Below, piece by piece: positions 9,706-21,002 of a stretch of DNA of 64,000 bases. How positions within the stretch are numbered: position 1 is the stretch's first letter; every line of letters starts with the position of its first letter. The notes under the pieces were generated by a model. The model did not search any database. It was not told the DNA's origin and saw nothing but the letters and a program-made list of their open reading frames with translations. The stretch is taken from positions 224,001-288,000 of the forward strand of contig CAVXJS010000014.1 of NCBI GenBank assembly GCA_963762145.1, given 5' to 3'. Source of the stretch: an uncultured Candidatus Rokubacteria bacterium. GTDB taxonomy: Bacteria; Methylomirabilota; Methylomirabilia; Rokubacteriales; CSP1-6. Position numbers and translations under genes: made by a program.

Positions 9706-10566
9706 GTGCGCGCCGAGTTCTGGATCGCGCAGTCGTTCAACGGGCTCTCCTACGGGGCGCTCCTCTTCCTGCTCGCCAGCGGCCTCTCGCTCATCTTCGG
9801 CGTGATGCGCATCGTCAACCTGGCGCACGGCTCCTACTTCATGCTGGGCGGCTACGTCGGGCTCACGGTGGCGCTGCGCACGCAGAGCTTCGCGCTGGCG
9901 TGCCTGGCGGGGGCGGTGGCCATCGCGCTGGTCGGCATGGGCATGGAGCGCTTCTTCCTGCGGCGGCTGCGCGGCGAGACGCTCGGCCAGGTGCTGATGA
10001 CCATCGGCTTCGCGCTGATCTTCCAGGACCTGGCCCTGCTGATCTGGGGCGGCGACCCGTACACGGTGCCGATCCCGAAGCTGCTGACCGGGACCGTGAG
10101 CCTGGGCGGCGCGGTGTTCCCGATCTACCGCATCTTCATCGTGGCGGTGGCGGTGGTGGTGGGCCTGGCCCTCTGGCTCGCGATGGACCGCACGCGCGTG
10201 GGCGCGATGATCCGCGCCGCGGTGGACGACGCCGAGATGGCCCAGGGCGTGGGCATCAACGTGCCGCGCGTGTCGCTCGCGGTGTTCGCACTGGGCGCCG
10301 GGCTGGCCGCGCTGGGCGGGGTGATCGGCGGCGGTTTTCTCGGCGTGTATCCCGGCGCGGACTTCGAGGTGCTGCCCTACGCCTTCGTTGTGGTGATCGT
10401 GGGCGGGCTCGGCAGCCTGCCCGGCGCGGTGGCGGGGAGCCTGCTGGTGGGCCTGCTCGACAACTTCGGCAAGGCGCTGTTCCCCGAGCTCTCCTACTTC
10501 ACGCTCTTCGCCCCGATGGCGATCATCCTGGCCCTCCGGCCGACCGGCCTCTTCGGCCGCGTATGA
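9706..10566 (+). CDS. livH: Branched-chain amino acid-type ABC permease
   Basis: GLSLIFGVMRIVNLAHGS; VVIVGGLGS; RPTGLFG. Confidence 0.88.
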   Translation: MRAEFWIAQSFNGLSYGALLFLLASGLSLIFGVMRIVNLAHGSYFMLGGYVGLTVALRTQSFALACLAGAVAIALVGMGMERFFLRRLRGETLGQVLMTIGFALIFQDLALLIWGGDPYTVPIPKLLTGTVSLGGAVFPIYRIFIVAVAVVVGLALWLAMDRTRVGAMIRAAVDDAEMAQGVGINVPRVSLAVFALGAGLAALGGVIGGGFLGVYPGADFEVLPYAFVVVIVGGLGSLPGAVAGSLLVGLLDNFGKALFPELSYFTLFAPMAIILALRPTGLFGRV

Positions 10567-11486
10567 TCGCCCGGCGCGCCGTCCTCGCCGCGGTGGTGCT
10601 CGCGATCCTCGCGCTGGTCGGCCCCTGGCTGCCGGCCTATCCGCTCACCGTGCTCACCCAGGCGCTGATCGTCGCCATCCTGGCCATGAGCCTCGACGTG
10701 CTGCTGGGCTACACCGGACTCTCCTCGCTCGGCCACGCCGCCTACTTCGGGGTGGGCGCCTACGTGGTCGCCATCATGACCACCGAGCACCAGATGGGCC
10801 TGCTCGCCTGCCTCGCGGCCGGCGTGGCGCTGGCCACCCTGACCGCGGCCGTCTTCGGACTGCTCGCCATCCGCGCCACCGGCACCTACTTCCTGATGAT
10901 CACGCTGGCGCTCGGCATGGTGATCTGGGGGCTCGCGTATCGCTGGGTATCGCTCACCAAGGGTGACAACGGCATCGCGGGCATCCCGCGGCCGACCCTG
11001 CTCGGTATCGAGCTGGCCGCGCCGGTGCCGTTCTACTACTTCTGCCTGGTGTGCGCGGCGCTGGCCTGGGTGCTGATGGGCCTGCTGGTGATCTCGCCGT
11101 TCGGCCTCGGGCTGCGCGGCATCCGCGGCAGCGAGGGGCGCATGCAGGCCCTCGGCTACAACGTGTGGCTGCACAAGTACACCGCCTTCGTGCTCTCGGG
11201 CGTCTTCGGCGGCTTCGCCGGCACGCTCTGGGCCTACTACAACGGCTTCGTGAGCCCGAACGACGTGCAGCTCGTCACCTCGGTGGAGACCCTGCTGATG
11301 GTCGCCCTCGGCGGCTCGGGCACCCTGATCGGTCCCGCGCTGGGCGCGGGGATCATCGTGTTCCTCAAGAACTTCGTGAGCGTGTACACCAAGCGCTGGC
11401 TGCTCATCCTGGGCGGCGTCTACATCGGCGTGATCCTCTTCGCCCCGTCCGGCATCGTCGGCGCCCTGCGCGGACGACGCCGCTGA
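10563..11486 (+). CDS. livM: Branched-chain amino acid-type ABC permease
   Basis: ATGA overlap; GYTGLSSLGHAAYFGVG; ALGGSGTLIGP. Confidence 0.88.
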   Translation: MIARRAVLAAVVLAILALVGPWLPAYPLTVLTQALIVAILAMSLDVLLGYTGLSSLGHAAYFGVGAYVVAIMTTEHQMGLLACLAAGVALATLTAAVFGLLAIRATGTYFLMITLALGMVIWGLAYRWVSLTKGDNGIAGIPRPTLLGIELAAPVPFYYFCLVCAALAWVLMGLLVISPFGLGLRGIRGSEGRMQALGYNVWLHKYTAFVLSGVFGGFAGTLWAYYNGFVSPNDVQLVTSVETLLMVALGGSGTLIGPALGAGIIVFLKNFVSVYTKRWLLILGGVYIGVILFAPSGIVGALRGRRR

Positions 11487-11500
11487 ACAAGGAGCCGGCC

Positions 11501-12742
11501 ATGAAGACTCGACTGATCGTCCTTCTCGCGCTGCTCGCGATCGCCGCGGCGGCCTTCTTCCCGGGCGCCGCCTCCACCCAGAGCGGGCCGATCAAGATCG
11601 GGCTGCTCGTGCCCCTCAGCGGCGCCTTCTCGGCCACCGGCAAGGACATGCTGGTCGGCGCGGAGCTCTACCTCGACGAGATCGGGCGCATCGCGGGCGG
11701 CCGGAAGATCGAGCTGATCGTGGAGGACACCGAGGGCACGCCGGCGGGCGCGCTCATCAAGGCCCGCAAGCTGGTGGACCAGGACAAGGTCCACGTGCTC
11801 ACCGGCGGGCTGCTGGCCTCGACCGGCTACGCGCTCCAGCCCTTCGTGGACGCCGGGCGCGTGCCCACCACGTTCCCGGTCATCGCCGCCGACGATCTGA
11901 CCCAGCGCAAGCCCGCGAAGTGGATCGTGCGCACCGGCTGGACCACGAGCCAGCCCATGCATCCATTCGGAGAGTGGGTCGCGAAGAACCTCAAGTACAA
12001 GCGCGTGGTCACCATCGGCATGGACTACGCCTTCGGCTGGGAGACGGTGGGCGGCTTCCAGCACAGCTTCGAGGGGAACGGCGGCCAGGTGGTGCAGAAG
12101 CTGTGGACGCCGCTCAACACCAACGACTTCAGCCCGTTCCTGGCCCAGATCCGCCGCGATACCGACGCGGTGCTGGCCCTCTTCGTCGGGCGCCTCGCGC
12201 TGCAGTTCATGAAGCAGTACGAGGACGCCGGGCTCAAGGGCAAGATCCCGCTGCTGGGCGGCGGGACCACCACCGACGAGTCGGTGCTGCCGCAGATGGG
12301 CGACGAGGCCATCGGCGCGATCACCCCGCTCCACTACTCGGCCGCGATCGACACGCCGCAGAACAAGAAGTTCGCCGCCGCGTTCGAGGCCAAGGCGGGC
12401 AAGAGCTCGTCCTACTACTCGGAGGCGACCTACACCGGGACGCGCTGGATCGTGGAGGCCATCAAGGCGGTCGGCGGCAAGGTCGAAGACCGGGACGCGC
12501 TACTGAGCGCGCTTCGAAAAGTCGAGATCAAGGACGCCCCGCGCGGGCCGATCACGGTGGACCAGTGGAACAACCCGGTGGAGACCATCTATATAAGGAA
12601 GGTGGAGAAGGTGGGCGGACGGCTGCAGAACACCGTGATCGCCACCTTCCCCGCGGTGGGCCAGTTCTACACGTACAACCCCCAGGAGTACATGAAGGCC
12701 CCGCTCTACTCGCGCGACTACCCCCCATGCAAGCACTGCTAA
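11501..12742 (+). CDS. Branched-chain amino acid-type ABC substrate-binding protein
   Basis: RBS AAGGAG; signal peptide; IKIGLLVPLSG; DYAFGWE. Confidence 0.9.
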   Translation: MKTRLIVLLALLAIAAAAFFPGAASTQSGPIKIGLLVPLSGAFSATGKDMLVGAELYLDEIGRIAGGRKIELIVEDTEGTPAGALIKARKLVDQDKVHVLTGGLLASTGYALQPFVDAGRVPTTFPVIAADDLTQRKPAKWIVRTGWTTSQPMHPFGEWVAKNLKYKRVVTIGMDYAFGWETVGGFQHSFEGNGGQVVQKLWTPLNTNDFSPFLAQIRRDTDAVLALFVGRLALQFMKQYEDAGLKGKIPLLGGGTTTDESVLPQMGDEAIGAITPLHYSAAIDTPQNKKFAAAFEAKAGKSSSYYSEATYTGTRWIVEAIKAVGGKVEDRDALLSALRKVEIKDAPRGPITVDQWNNPVETIYIRKVEKVGGRLQNTVIATFPAVGQFYTYNPQEYMKAPLYSRDYPPCKHC

Positions 12743-12746
12743 CCCG

Positions 12747-12875
12747 CCTCACCCTGCCCTCTCCCCCTTCGGGGGCGAGGGTTCCCCGACTTCCCCTCTC
12801 CCCTTTGGGGAGAGGGTAGGGTGAGGGGCGCGATGGTGAGGGGCCCAGTGGCGAGGGGCCCGATGGTGAGAGGCA
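12747..12875. repeat. BoxC-like palindromic repeat doublet plus three 15-nt tandem units
   Basis: CCTCACCCTGCCCTCTCCCC..GGGGAGAGGGTAGGGTGAGGGG at 12747-12828, then CGATGGTGAGGGGCC-like unit x3. Confidence 0.8.
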
Positions 12876-12879
12876 CCTA

Positions 12880-13609
12880 ATGGACCAGGCCCTCCGCCTC
12901 GACGGCGTCTGCCGCGCCTTCGGCGGCCTCCAGGCCGTGGACGGCGTGACGCTGACCGTCCGCCCGGGCGAGCGCCGCGCGCTCATCGGTCCCAACGGCG
13001 CGGGGAAGACCACGCTCTTCAACCTCATCGCGGGCGCGATGCCGCTCAGCTCGGGGCGCATCGCGCTGTTCGGGCGCGACGTGACGCACGCGCCCGCGCA
13101 CCGGCGCGCCGCGCTCGGGCTGGCGCGCACGTTCCAGATCACCAACCTCTTCCCCGATCTCAGCGTGATGGAGAACTGCCTGCTCGCGGTGCAGGCCCAC
13201 CTGCCGGTGCGCTTCTCGATGTTTCGGCCGGTGGGGCGCTACCCGGCCCTCCTCGAGCGCGCGCGCGGCGCGCTCCAGCGGCTCGAGCTGGAGAAGCTCG
13301 GCGACGCGGTCGTGCGCAACCTCTCCCACGGCGAGCAGCGCCAGCTCGAGATCGCGCTGGCCCTGGCCGGGCAGCCGCGCGTGCTCCTGCTGGACGAGCC
13401 CACCGCCGGCCTCTCGCCCGCCGAGTCCCGGCTGATGGCCGGCCTCCTGCGTCGGCTCGATCCCGAGATCACCGTGCTGATGATCGAGCACGACATGGAC
13501 ATCGCGCTCGAGCTGTCCGAGATGGTCACGGTGCTGCACTACGGCCGCGTCATTGCCGACGGGCCCCGCGAGCAGGTGAAGGCCGACCCGCAGGTGAGGG
13601 AGATCTACC

Positions 13610-13620
<11 letters not shown>
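12880..13620 (+). CDS. livG: Branched-chain amino acid-type ABC ATPase
   Basis: GPNGAGKTT, LSHGEQR, LLDEPTAG, IEHDM. Confidence 0.9.
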
Positions 13621-14304
<684 letters not shown>

Positions 14305-14305
<1 letters not shown>

Positions 14306-15366
14306 TGAAGTTCGGGACATACTTCTTCCTGCAGGCGCCGCCGGGCCAGCGGCACGCCGACATCATCGCGCGCGAGCTCGACCAGATGGCGTGGTCGGAG
14401 GAGCTGGGCTTCGACGAGGTCTGGCTCACCGAGCACCACTTCATCGACTACGGGCTCTCGGTGGATCCGGCCACGCTGGCCTGCGCGGTGGCCTCGCGGA
14501 CCTCGCGGATCCGGATCGGCCTGGCCGCCGCCATCCTGCCCTTCCACGATCCGATCCGCTTCGCCGAGCAGATGGCGCTGGTGGACATCATCTCCAAGGG
14601 GCGGCTCGACGTGGGGGTGGGGCGGGGGAACCGGCCGTCGGAGTTCGCGGGCTACCGCATCCCGCAGGTGGAGAGCCGCGAGCGCTTCGACGAGGCCGTG
14701 CAGATCATGCTGCGCGCGTGGACCGAGGAGCGCTTCAGCTACGACGGCCGCTTCTTCCAGCTCGACAACGTGCGCGTGATCCCGAAGCCCATGCAGCAGC
14801 CGCACCCGCCGGTCTATCAGGTCTGCGTGTCGCCGGACTCGATCGAGGGCACCGCGCTGCGCGGCTGGCCCATGCTCAACTCGATCCTCTTCGGCGGCGT
14901 CGAGCAGGTCGTGGCCAGCCGCGACCGGTACGTGACGACGCTGCAGAAGGCCGGCCGGAGCCCCGCCGAGATCGCGGCGCTGCTCGCCCGCTGGGGCGTC
15001 TCGCGCCAGATCTACGTGGCGCCCACCGACGCGCAGGCACTGGCCGAGGCCAAGGACGCCGAGATGTGGTACCAGGAGTCATTCCGGAAGTTCGTCATTC
15101 CGGAGCGCATCGAGAACAGCCACCCCACGCTGCAGCCGGGCTTCCGGGCCATGGCCGAGCGGCTTTCGAAGATCACCTGGGAGGGGCTCGTGGCCGAGAC
15201 GCTCGCCTTCGGCTCGCCGGACACGGTGGCGCGGCACATCGAGCAGATGCGTCAGATGGGCGTGGGCCAGGTCCTGTGCTGGATGAACTTCGGCGGCCTG
15301 CCCGAGGACAAGGTGCGCCGCTCCATGGAGCTGTTCGCACGCGAGGTCATGCCCCGGTTCCGGTAG
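14305..15366 (+). CDS. LLM-class flavin-dependent oxidoreductase
   Basis: TGATG overlap; EELGFDEVWLTEHHF; GRLDVGVGRG; PKPMQQPHPP; SMELFAREVMP. Confidence 0.9.
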
Positions 15367-15373
15367 ACAACCA

Positions 15374-15493
15374 CCCCTCACCCTGCCCTCTCCCCTGAGG
15401 GGAGAGGGGGAAACGAGAATCCTCTCGCCTGAGGGGCGACGGGGAAACGAGAACCCTCTCCCCCGCCGAGGGGGAGAGGGCAGGGTGAGGGGG
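15374..15493. repeat. BoxC-like palindromic repeat cluster (three hairpins)
   Basis: CCCCTCACCCTGCCCTCTCCCC..GGGGAGAGGGCAGGGTGAGGGG. Confidence 0.8.
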
Positions 15494-15507
15494 AACCGAG
15501 GACGCAA

Positions 15508-16272
15508 GTGGCCCACCTCTACGACACGATCGGCATCGGCTACCGCGCCCTCCGCCGCCCCGACCCACGCATCGCCGCCGCGATCGCCGAAGCCCTCGGC
15601 CCCGCGGCCTCCGTCGTGAACGTGGGCGCCGGCGCCGGCTCCTACGAGCCCGCCGACCGTCGCGTGGTCGCCGTGGAGTCCTCGCGCGAGATGATCCGCC
15701 AGCGCCCGGCCGGCGCCGCCCCGGTGATCCAGGCCTCGGCCACCGCGCTGCCGTTCCGGGCCCGCGCCTTCGACGCGGCGCTGGCCGTGCTCACCGTGCA
15801 CCACTGGCCCGATCGCGTCCAGGGCCTGGCCGAGCTGCGCCGCGTCGCCCACGAGCGCGTGGTGATCCTCACGTGGGAGCCGGATGCCGCGCATTTCTGG
15901 CTGACCGACGAGTATTTCCCCGAGCTGGTGGCGACCGACCGCGCGATCTTCCCTACGCGGGACGAGCTCGAGCGCAGTCTGGGCCCCGTCGAGCTGAGGC
16001 CGCTGCCGGTGCCGCACGACTGCCTGGATGGCTTCCTCGGCGCGTACTGGCGCCGGCCGCAAGCCTATCTGGATCCCGCCGTCCGCGGCGCGATCTCCAC
16101 GTTCGGCAAGATCGGCGACGTGGAGCCGGGTCTCGCGCGACTGCGGCGCGACCTGGAGGACGGCACGTGGACCCGCCGTCACGGCCCACTCCTGACCCGC
16201 CCCGCCCTCGACCTCGGCTACCGCCTAGCCGTCTCCCATCCCCCTCTCCCCTCTGGGGAGAGGGCAGGGTGA
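15508..16272 (+). CDS. Class I SAM-dependent methyltransferase
   Basis: VNVGAGAGSY, ALPF..FDAALAVLTVHHW; the last codons are supplied by a repeat copy. Confidence 0.88.
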   Translation: MAHLYDTIGIGYRALRRPDPRIAAAIAEALGPAASVVNVGAGAGSYEPADRRVVAVESSREMIRQRPAGAAPVIQASATALPFRARAFDAALAVLTVHHWPDRVQGLAELRRVAHERVVILTWEPDAAHFWLTDEYFPELVATDRAIFPTRDELERSLGPVELRPLPVPHDCLDGFLGAYWRRPQAYLDPAVRGAISTFGKIGDVEPGLARLRRDLEDGTWTRRHGPLLTRPALDLGYRLAVSHPPLPSGERAG

Positions 16273-16291
16273 GGGGCCAGAGGGTGAGGGG
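16241..16291. repeat. BoxC-like palindromic repeat (single)
   Basis: CCCCTCTCCCCTCTGGGGAGAGGGCAGGGTGAGGGG. Confidence 0.75.
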
Positions 16292-17224
16292 TCACGTCCC
16301 CGCAAGCCGCGCCACGACCGGCGCAAACGCCTCCATGTCCCGCTCGAAGACGGTGAGATACGAGATACCGTACCGCTCCCGCCGCTCGCGGAGCCTCTCG
16401 CAGATCTCCTCGACGGTGCCCACCAGCAGGTAAGGGGTCTCGAGCACGACGTCGCGGGACGACTTGAATCGGGACGCGAGCTGATCCACCGCCACGCTCC
16501 GCTGATCGGTCACCGCGACCGCCTGGATCAGCGCGTTGAGCTCGAGCGAGTCGAAGCGATCCCCGGCGCCGGCGCGGACCCACTCGAGCTTCTCCCGGGT
16601 CGCGGCCGCGCTCAGGTCGGCCAGCTCGAGCCCGCCGCCGTCCCGTCTCGCCCGCAGGACCAGGCCGATGATCGTGGCCTCGCGCGCGGCGAGGGTAAGC
16701 GTGCGCCGGCCGCCGCCGCCGATCGCGATCGGCGGGTGTGGACGCTGGACCGAGGCCGGGCGGCCCTCCAGTTCGGCGATCGTGTAGTGGCGGCCGGCGA
16801 ACGTCACGCGCTCCCCGGCGAGCAGCTTCTTCACGATCGGGACCGCCTCTTCGAGCCGCTCGATCCGGGTGCCCGGCGCGTCGAAGGGAATGCCGGTCTG
16901 GTCGTACTCCTCCCGCAGCCATCCGGCGCCGAGCCCCAGCTCGAAGCGCCCGCCCGAGAGCACGTCGATGGTGGCGGCGTCCCGCGCGAGCCCCGCGGGG
17001 TGGCGGAAGTCGTTGGAGAAGACGAGCGATCCCACGCGGAGACGCGTGGTCGCCAGCGCGGCCGCGGTGAGGGCGGGGACGGGGGCGAGGTGATCGCGGA
17101 AGTGATCGGGGACGACGAGGATCGAATAGCCGAGCTGCTCGACGCGCCGCGCTCGCGCGATCCAGTCGGTACCCGCCGCGGGCGTGGGAGCGGTGACCCC
17201 GAAGCGAAACGGGCGAACGGCCAT
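16292..17224 (-). CDS. LLM-class, putatively F420-dependent oxidoreductase
   Basis: RPFRFGV, PDHF, NDFRHP, GRFELGLGAGW, GGGG, RERYGISY. Confidence 0.85.
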   Translation of the reverse strand: MAVRPFRFGVTAPTPAAGTDWIARARRVEQLGYSILVVPDHFRDHLAPVPALTAAALATTRLRVGSLVFSNDFRHPAGLARDAATIDVLSGGRFELGLGAGWLREEYDQTGIPFDAPGTRIERLEEAVPIVKKLLAGERVTFAGRHYTIAELEGRPASVQRPHPPIAIGGGGRRTLTLAAREATIIGLVLRARRDGGGLELADLSAAATREKLEWVRAGAGDRFDSLELNALIQAVAVTDQRSVAVDQLASRFKSSRDVVLETPYLLVGTVEEICERLRERRERYGISYLTVFERDMEAFAPVVARLAGT

Positions 17225-17227
17225 GAC

Positions 17228-18775
17228 TCACACCACCTTGTAGACGTTCACCTCTTCCACGCGACCCTTGACGCGCACCGCGGGAAGCTCCTCGAGCGCG
17301 ACCGTGCCGTCGAGCCGGCTCCGCGTGGCCTCGCTGATGAGGATGTCCACCTTGAAGTCCTTGGTGAGCCCCTGGATGCGCGAGGCCAGGTTGACCGGGT
17401 CGCCGACCAGCGCATACGAGAGGCGCTCGTGGCCGCCGATGTTGCCGGCCAGCACGGTGCCGGTGTGGATGCCGATGCCGTTGCGCAGCGGGACCCGGCC
17501 GACCGCCTCGCGGCGGGCGTTCCAGGCCTGGAGGCGCTCGCGCATCTCGAGCGCGGCGTGCACCGCCCGCCCGGCGTGGTCGCGGGCCGCGATGGGCGCG
17601 CCGAAGACCGCCTCGATCTCGTCGCCGATGAACTGGAGCACGAGGCCGCCGTGCGCGCGGATGGCCTGGTCCATCTCGGTGAAGTACTCGTTGAGGTCGC
17701 GCACGACCTGACGCGGCTCGGTGGCCTCCACCCACGGGGTGAAGTCGCGCAGGTCCGCGAAGAGCATGGTGGCCTCGATGAGCTCGCCCTCGCCGCGCAC
17801 GCGGCCGGCCAGGATCGCGTCGCGGATCTCGGGCGTGACGTACTTGCCGAAGGTCTCCTTCACCATCTCGCGCTCCCGCAGGCCGTGCAGCATGCGGTTG
17901 AAGCCCTCGGCCACCGCGCCGATCTCGTCGGTGCTCACCACCGGGGCGTGGCCGTCGAGGTGGCCCCGCTCCACCTCGGCCATCGCGGCCTCCACGTGCC
18001 GCAGCGGCCCCGCCACGCTGTTGGCGACGAACACGGACAGGCCGATCGCGGCGACGACCCCGGCCCCGACCAGGAAGAGGATGGTCAGCCGCAGGTCGTC
18101 CACGATGACCGCGGCGGCGACCGGGTCGGCGCCCACCAGGGCCACCGCGCGCGTGTAGGCCAGCATGCCCAGGACCGCGAGCGGCACGAGGCCGATCAGC
18201 AGGAGGATCGCAAGGAGCCGGACGCGCACCCTGAGCCGGGGCACGCGCTTGACCGCGCTCAGCTCGCCCGTGGGGAAGAACTCGGGCAGGCGCCGCCGCC
18301 ACTGATGCTCGCTCGCGAAGAAGATGAAGGCGACGGTCGTGCCGCCCGCGATCACGGTGTTGCCGAAGACCTGGCGCAGCGACTGATACGGGCTGAACAC
18401 GCCGGCCAGGATCGGCCAGAGAACGCCCCAGATGAGGCCGGCCATGGTCCAGCCGAGGAAGCTGAGCCCGGCGAGGAAGTAAGGAAACATGAGCGCCCGA
18501 CGGCGCACCAGATCCGCCTCGGCGGACGGCAGCGTGGCCAGCTCCGCGACGCGGTTGAGTGGCCGGGTCCAGGGGCGGCTGAGCCGGATCCCGGCCCCGA
18601 CGATCAGGGCGAAGACGATGATCGAGATGACGACGTCCATCCAGCGGACTGGCGGCAGGACCGAGCCGGCGTGGTCCACCACCCGGAAGTAGACGAAGGC
18701 GACGATCGCCCCCAGGAGGTTGCCGATGGTGGTGATCCACCGCAGCGTGAACTCTGGAGAACGTGGCTCGGCCAT
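17228..18775 (-). CDS. Membrane adenylate/guanylate cyclase (class III) with HAMP domain
   Basis: Several TM helices; DEIGAVAEGFNRM HAMP; FADLRDFT, FIGD, GIGIHTG, GDPVNLASRIQ. Confidence 0.9.
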   Translation of the reverse strand: MAEPRSPEFTLRWITTIGNLLGAIVAFVYFRVVDHAGSVLPPVRWMDVVISIIVFALIVGAGIRLSRPWTRPLNRVAELATLPSAEADLVRRRALMFPYFLAGLSFLGWTMAGLIWGVLWPILAGVFSPYQSLRQVFGNTVIAGGTTVAFIFFASEHQWRRRLPEFFPTGELSAVKRVPRLRVRVRLLAILLLIGLVPLAVLGMLAYTRAVALVGADPVAAAVIVDDLRLTILFLVGAGVVAAIGLSVFVANSVAGPLRHVEAAMAEVERGHLDGHAPVVSTDEIGAVAEGFNRMLHGLREREMVKETFGKYVTPEIRDAILAGRVRGEGELIEATMLFADLRDFTPWVEATEPRQVVRDLNEYFTEMDQAIRAHGGLVLQFIGDEIEAVFGAPIAARDHAGRAVHAALEMRERLQAWNARREAVGRVPLRNGIGIHTGTVLAGNIGGHERLSYALVGDPVNLASRIQGLTKDFKVDILISEATRSRLDGTVALEELPAVRVKGRVEEVNVYKVV

Positions 18776-18909
18776 GCCGTGATTGTACCCGGCGGCTCGT
18801 CGTCGGCGTGGCTCGGCGAGGGGGGATTGCTATTGACCGCCCCGCGGGGCCCCGGGTAGGCTGGGGGGCCGCCAGCGGAGGCGGCCTCGATGCCGACGGA
18901 GACCGGGCC

Positions 18910-20340
18910 GTGAGCGCGTGGCGAATCGCCCTCCTGATGGGCCTGCTGGGGTTCGTCCCGACGCCGGCGCGGGCGGCCGAGCAGCACGACATGCGTCTCG
19001 TCGGCGCCCACGATCTGCAGGCCCGCTCCGCCTATCAGCCCGTGATCCACCAGCAGGGCGGCCGCTTCATCGCCTACGTCGGCCACCACGGCGGCCTGCG
19101 GATGAACCCGCTCACCGGCCAGATGGAGCAGAACGGCACCTCCATCGTCGACGTGACCGATCCAAGGCAGCCGAAGTACCTGCACCACATCCCCGGCGCG
19201 CCGGGTGAAGCGGAGGCGGGCGGCGCGGCGATGGCGCGCGTCTGCGACGGCAAGACGCTGCCGCGCGGGGCGCGCGAGAAGACCTATCTCCTCCGCACGC
19301 TCGGCAACCTGGCCCACGAGATCTGGGACGTGACCGATCCGGCCAAGCCCGCACTCGTCACCACGGTGCTCGACGGGCTCAAGAGCACGCACAAGAACTG
19401 GTGGGAGTGCGACACCGGCATCGCCTACCTCGTCTCCGACGGAGCGCCGCGCGGCTGGCGCACCAACCGGATGACCACGATCTACGATCTGAGCGATCCC
19501 ACGCAGCCGCGCTTCATCCGCGACTTCGGGCTGCCCGGTCAAGAGCCCGGCGCGACCGGCACGGCGCCCGAAGGCGTGCACGGGCCCATCGCGTACAAGA
19601 ACCGCGTGTACTTCGCCTACGGCACCGGCGCCAAGGGCGTGCTGCAGATCGTGGACCGCGAGAAGCTGCTCGCGGGCGATCCGCAGGCGCGGGAGAAGTT
19701 CGCGCCCACCGTCGAGAACCTGCTCTACCCGCAGATCGGCCGCCTCGACATGTCGCCGGCCTGGGGCGGGCACACCAGCTTCCCGGTGCTGGGGGTGCGC
19801 GTGCCGCACTGGTCGCCCGCGGTGCCGGGGCGCACCCGCGACTTCGTGCTGCTGGTCTCGGAATCGCTGCGCAACGAGTGCCAGGAGGTCCGCCAGCTCA
19901 GCTTCATGGTGGACGTCACCACCGAGAAGACGCCGTACTCGGTCGCCACCTTCGAGGTGCCCGATCCCACCGGAGACTTCTGCCGCCGGGGCGGCCGCTT
20001 CGGGCCGCACTCGAGCCACGAGTCGTTCACCCCGGTGTTCTACGGCCGGCTCGTGTTCCTCGCCTACTTCAACGCGGGCGTGCGCGCGGTGGACATCCGC
20101 GATCCGTTCCACCCGGTGGAGGCGGCCTACTTCATCCCGGAAGTCACCGCGAAGACCGACAAGCGCTGCGTGGAGGTGGCCGGCACCCCGCGCTGCAAGA
20201 CCGCGATCCAGACCAACAACGTGGAAGTGGACGACCGGGGCTACATCTACCTGGCGGACCGGGCCGACACCGGGCTCCACATCGTGGAGCTGACCGGGCC
20301 CGCCCGCGCCATCGCGAACCTACCCAGGACGAAGCCATGA
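18910..20340 (+). CDS. Secreted LVIVD-repeat beta-propeller protein
   Basis: Signal peptide ..TPARA; repeats IVDVTDPRQP, IWDVTDPAKP, IYDLSDPTQP, AVDIRDPFHP. Confidence 0.8.
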   Translation: MSAWRIALLMGLLGFVPTPARAAEQHDMRLVGAHDLQARSAYQPVIHQQGGRFIAYVGHHGGLRMNPLTGQMEQNGTSIVDVTDPRQPKYLHHIPGAPGEAEAGGAAMARVCDGKTLPRGAREKTYLLRTLGNLAHEIWDVTDPAKPALVTTVLDGLKSTHKNWWECDTGIAYLVSDGAPRGWRTNRMTTIYDLSDPTQPRFIRDFGLPGQEPGATGTAPEGVHGPIAYKNRVYFAYGTGAKGVLQIVDREKLLAGDPQAREKFAPTVENLLYPQIGRLDMSPAWGGHTSFPVLGVRVPHWSPAVPGRTRDFVLLVSESLRNECQEVRQLSFMVDVTTEKTPYSVATFEVPDPTGDFCRRGGRFGPHSSHESFTPVFYGRLVFLAYFNAGVRAVDIRDPFHPVEAAYFIPEVTAKTDKRCVEVAGTPRCKTAIQTNNVEVDDRGYIYLADRADTGLHIVELTGPARAIANLPRTKP

Positions 20341-21002
20341 GCCGATTCATCGACCTGTCCGTGACGGTGGACGAGAACACCTTCAGCCCGCCCTCGACCA
20401 ACATGAGGCTCGAGGTGACCCCGCATCGCCGCGGCCCCGGGTTCTGGCAGGTCTCGAGCGTGAACCAGAGCCTGCACACCGGCGCCCACATCGACTCGCC
20501 GCTGCACGTGTTCAAGAACGGCATCACCACCGCCGAGATCACGCTGGACCAGGTCATGGGCGAGGCGCTGGTGGTGGATCTCTCGTGGGTCGGGGCCAAC
20601 CACTCGATCACGATCGACGATCTCAAGAAGGGCGGGGCGGGCGACGTCAAGCGCGGGGACATCGTGCTGCTGCACACCGGGTGGACCGACAAGATGTACG
20701 GGCGCTGGCCCGACTACTTCACCCAGTCGCCCTTCTTTCCCCCCGAGGTCGCGCAGTGGCTGGTGGACCGCGGGCCCAAGAACATCGGGTTCGACTTCTT
20801 CGAGGAGTACTGCGCGCGCCTGCCCGAGTTCACCTCCGAGGACTTCGCGATGCACCGGGTGATCCTGGGCGCGGGCGTGGTCATCATGGAGGGGCTCACC
20901 AACCTGGGCGCGCTGCCCCGGCGCCGGGTCGAGTTCGCCGCGCCCTTCTACAAGATCGCGGGCACCGAGGGGGCGCCGGCGCGCTTCTTCGCCACCGTAT
21001 GA
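20337..21002 (+). CDS. Cyclase family (kynurenine formamidase-like) metal hydrolase
   Basis: ATGA overlap; HTGAHIDSPLH; LLHTGW; MEGLTNL; GAPAR. Confidence 0.88.
   Translation: MSRFIDLSVTVDENTFSPPSTNMRLEVTPHRRGPGFWQVSSVNQSLHTGAHIDSPLHVFKNGITTAEITLDQVMGEALVVDLSWVGANHSITIDDLKKGGAGDVKRGDIVLLHTGWTDKMYGRWPDYFTQSPFFPPEVAQWLVDRGPKNIGFDFFEEYCARLPEFTSEDFAMHRVILGAGVVIMEGLTNLGALPRRRVEFAAPFYKIAGTEGAPARFFATV

Noticed and set aside
16218-18992. Long alternative-frame or antisense ORFs (also 51971-54976, 49509-51899, 53577-55964)
   Set aside because: Arg/Pro/Ala-rich shadow frames typical of 70% GC DNA that overlap well-supported genes.
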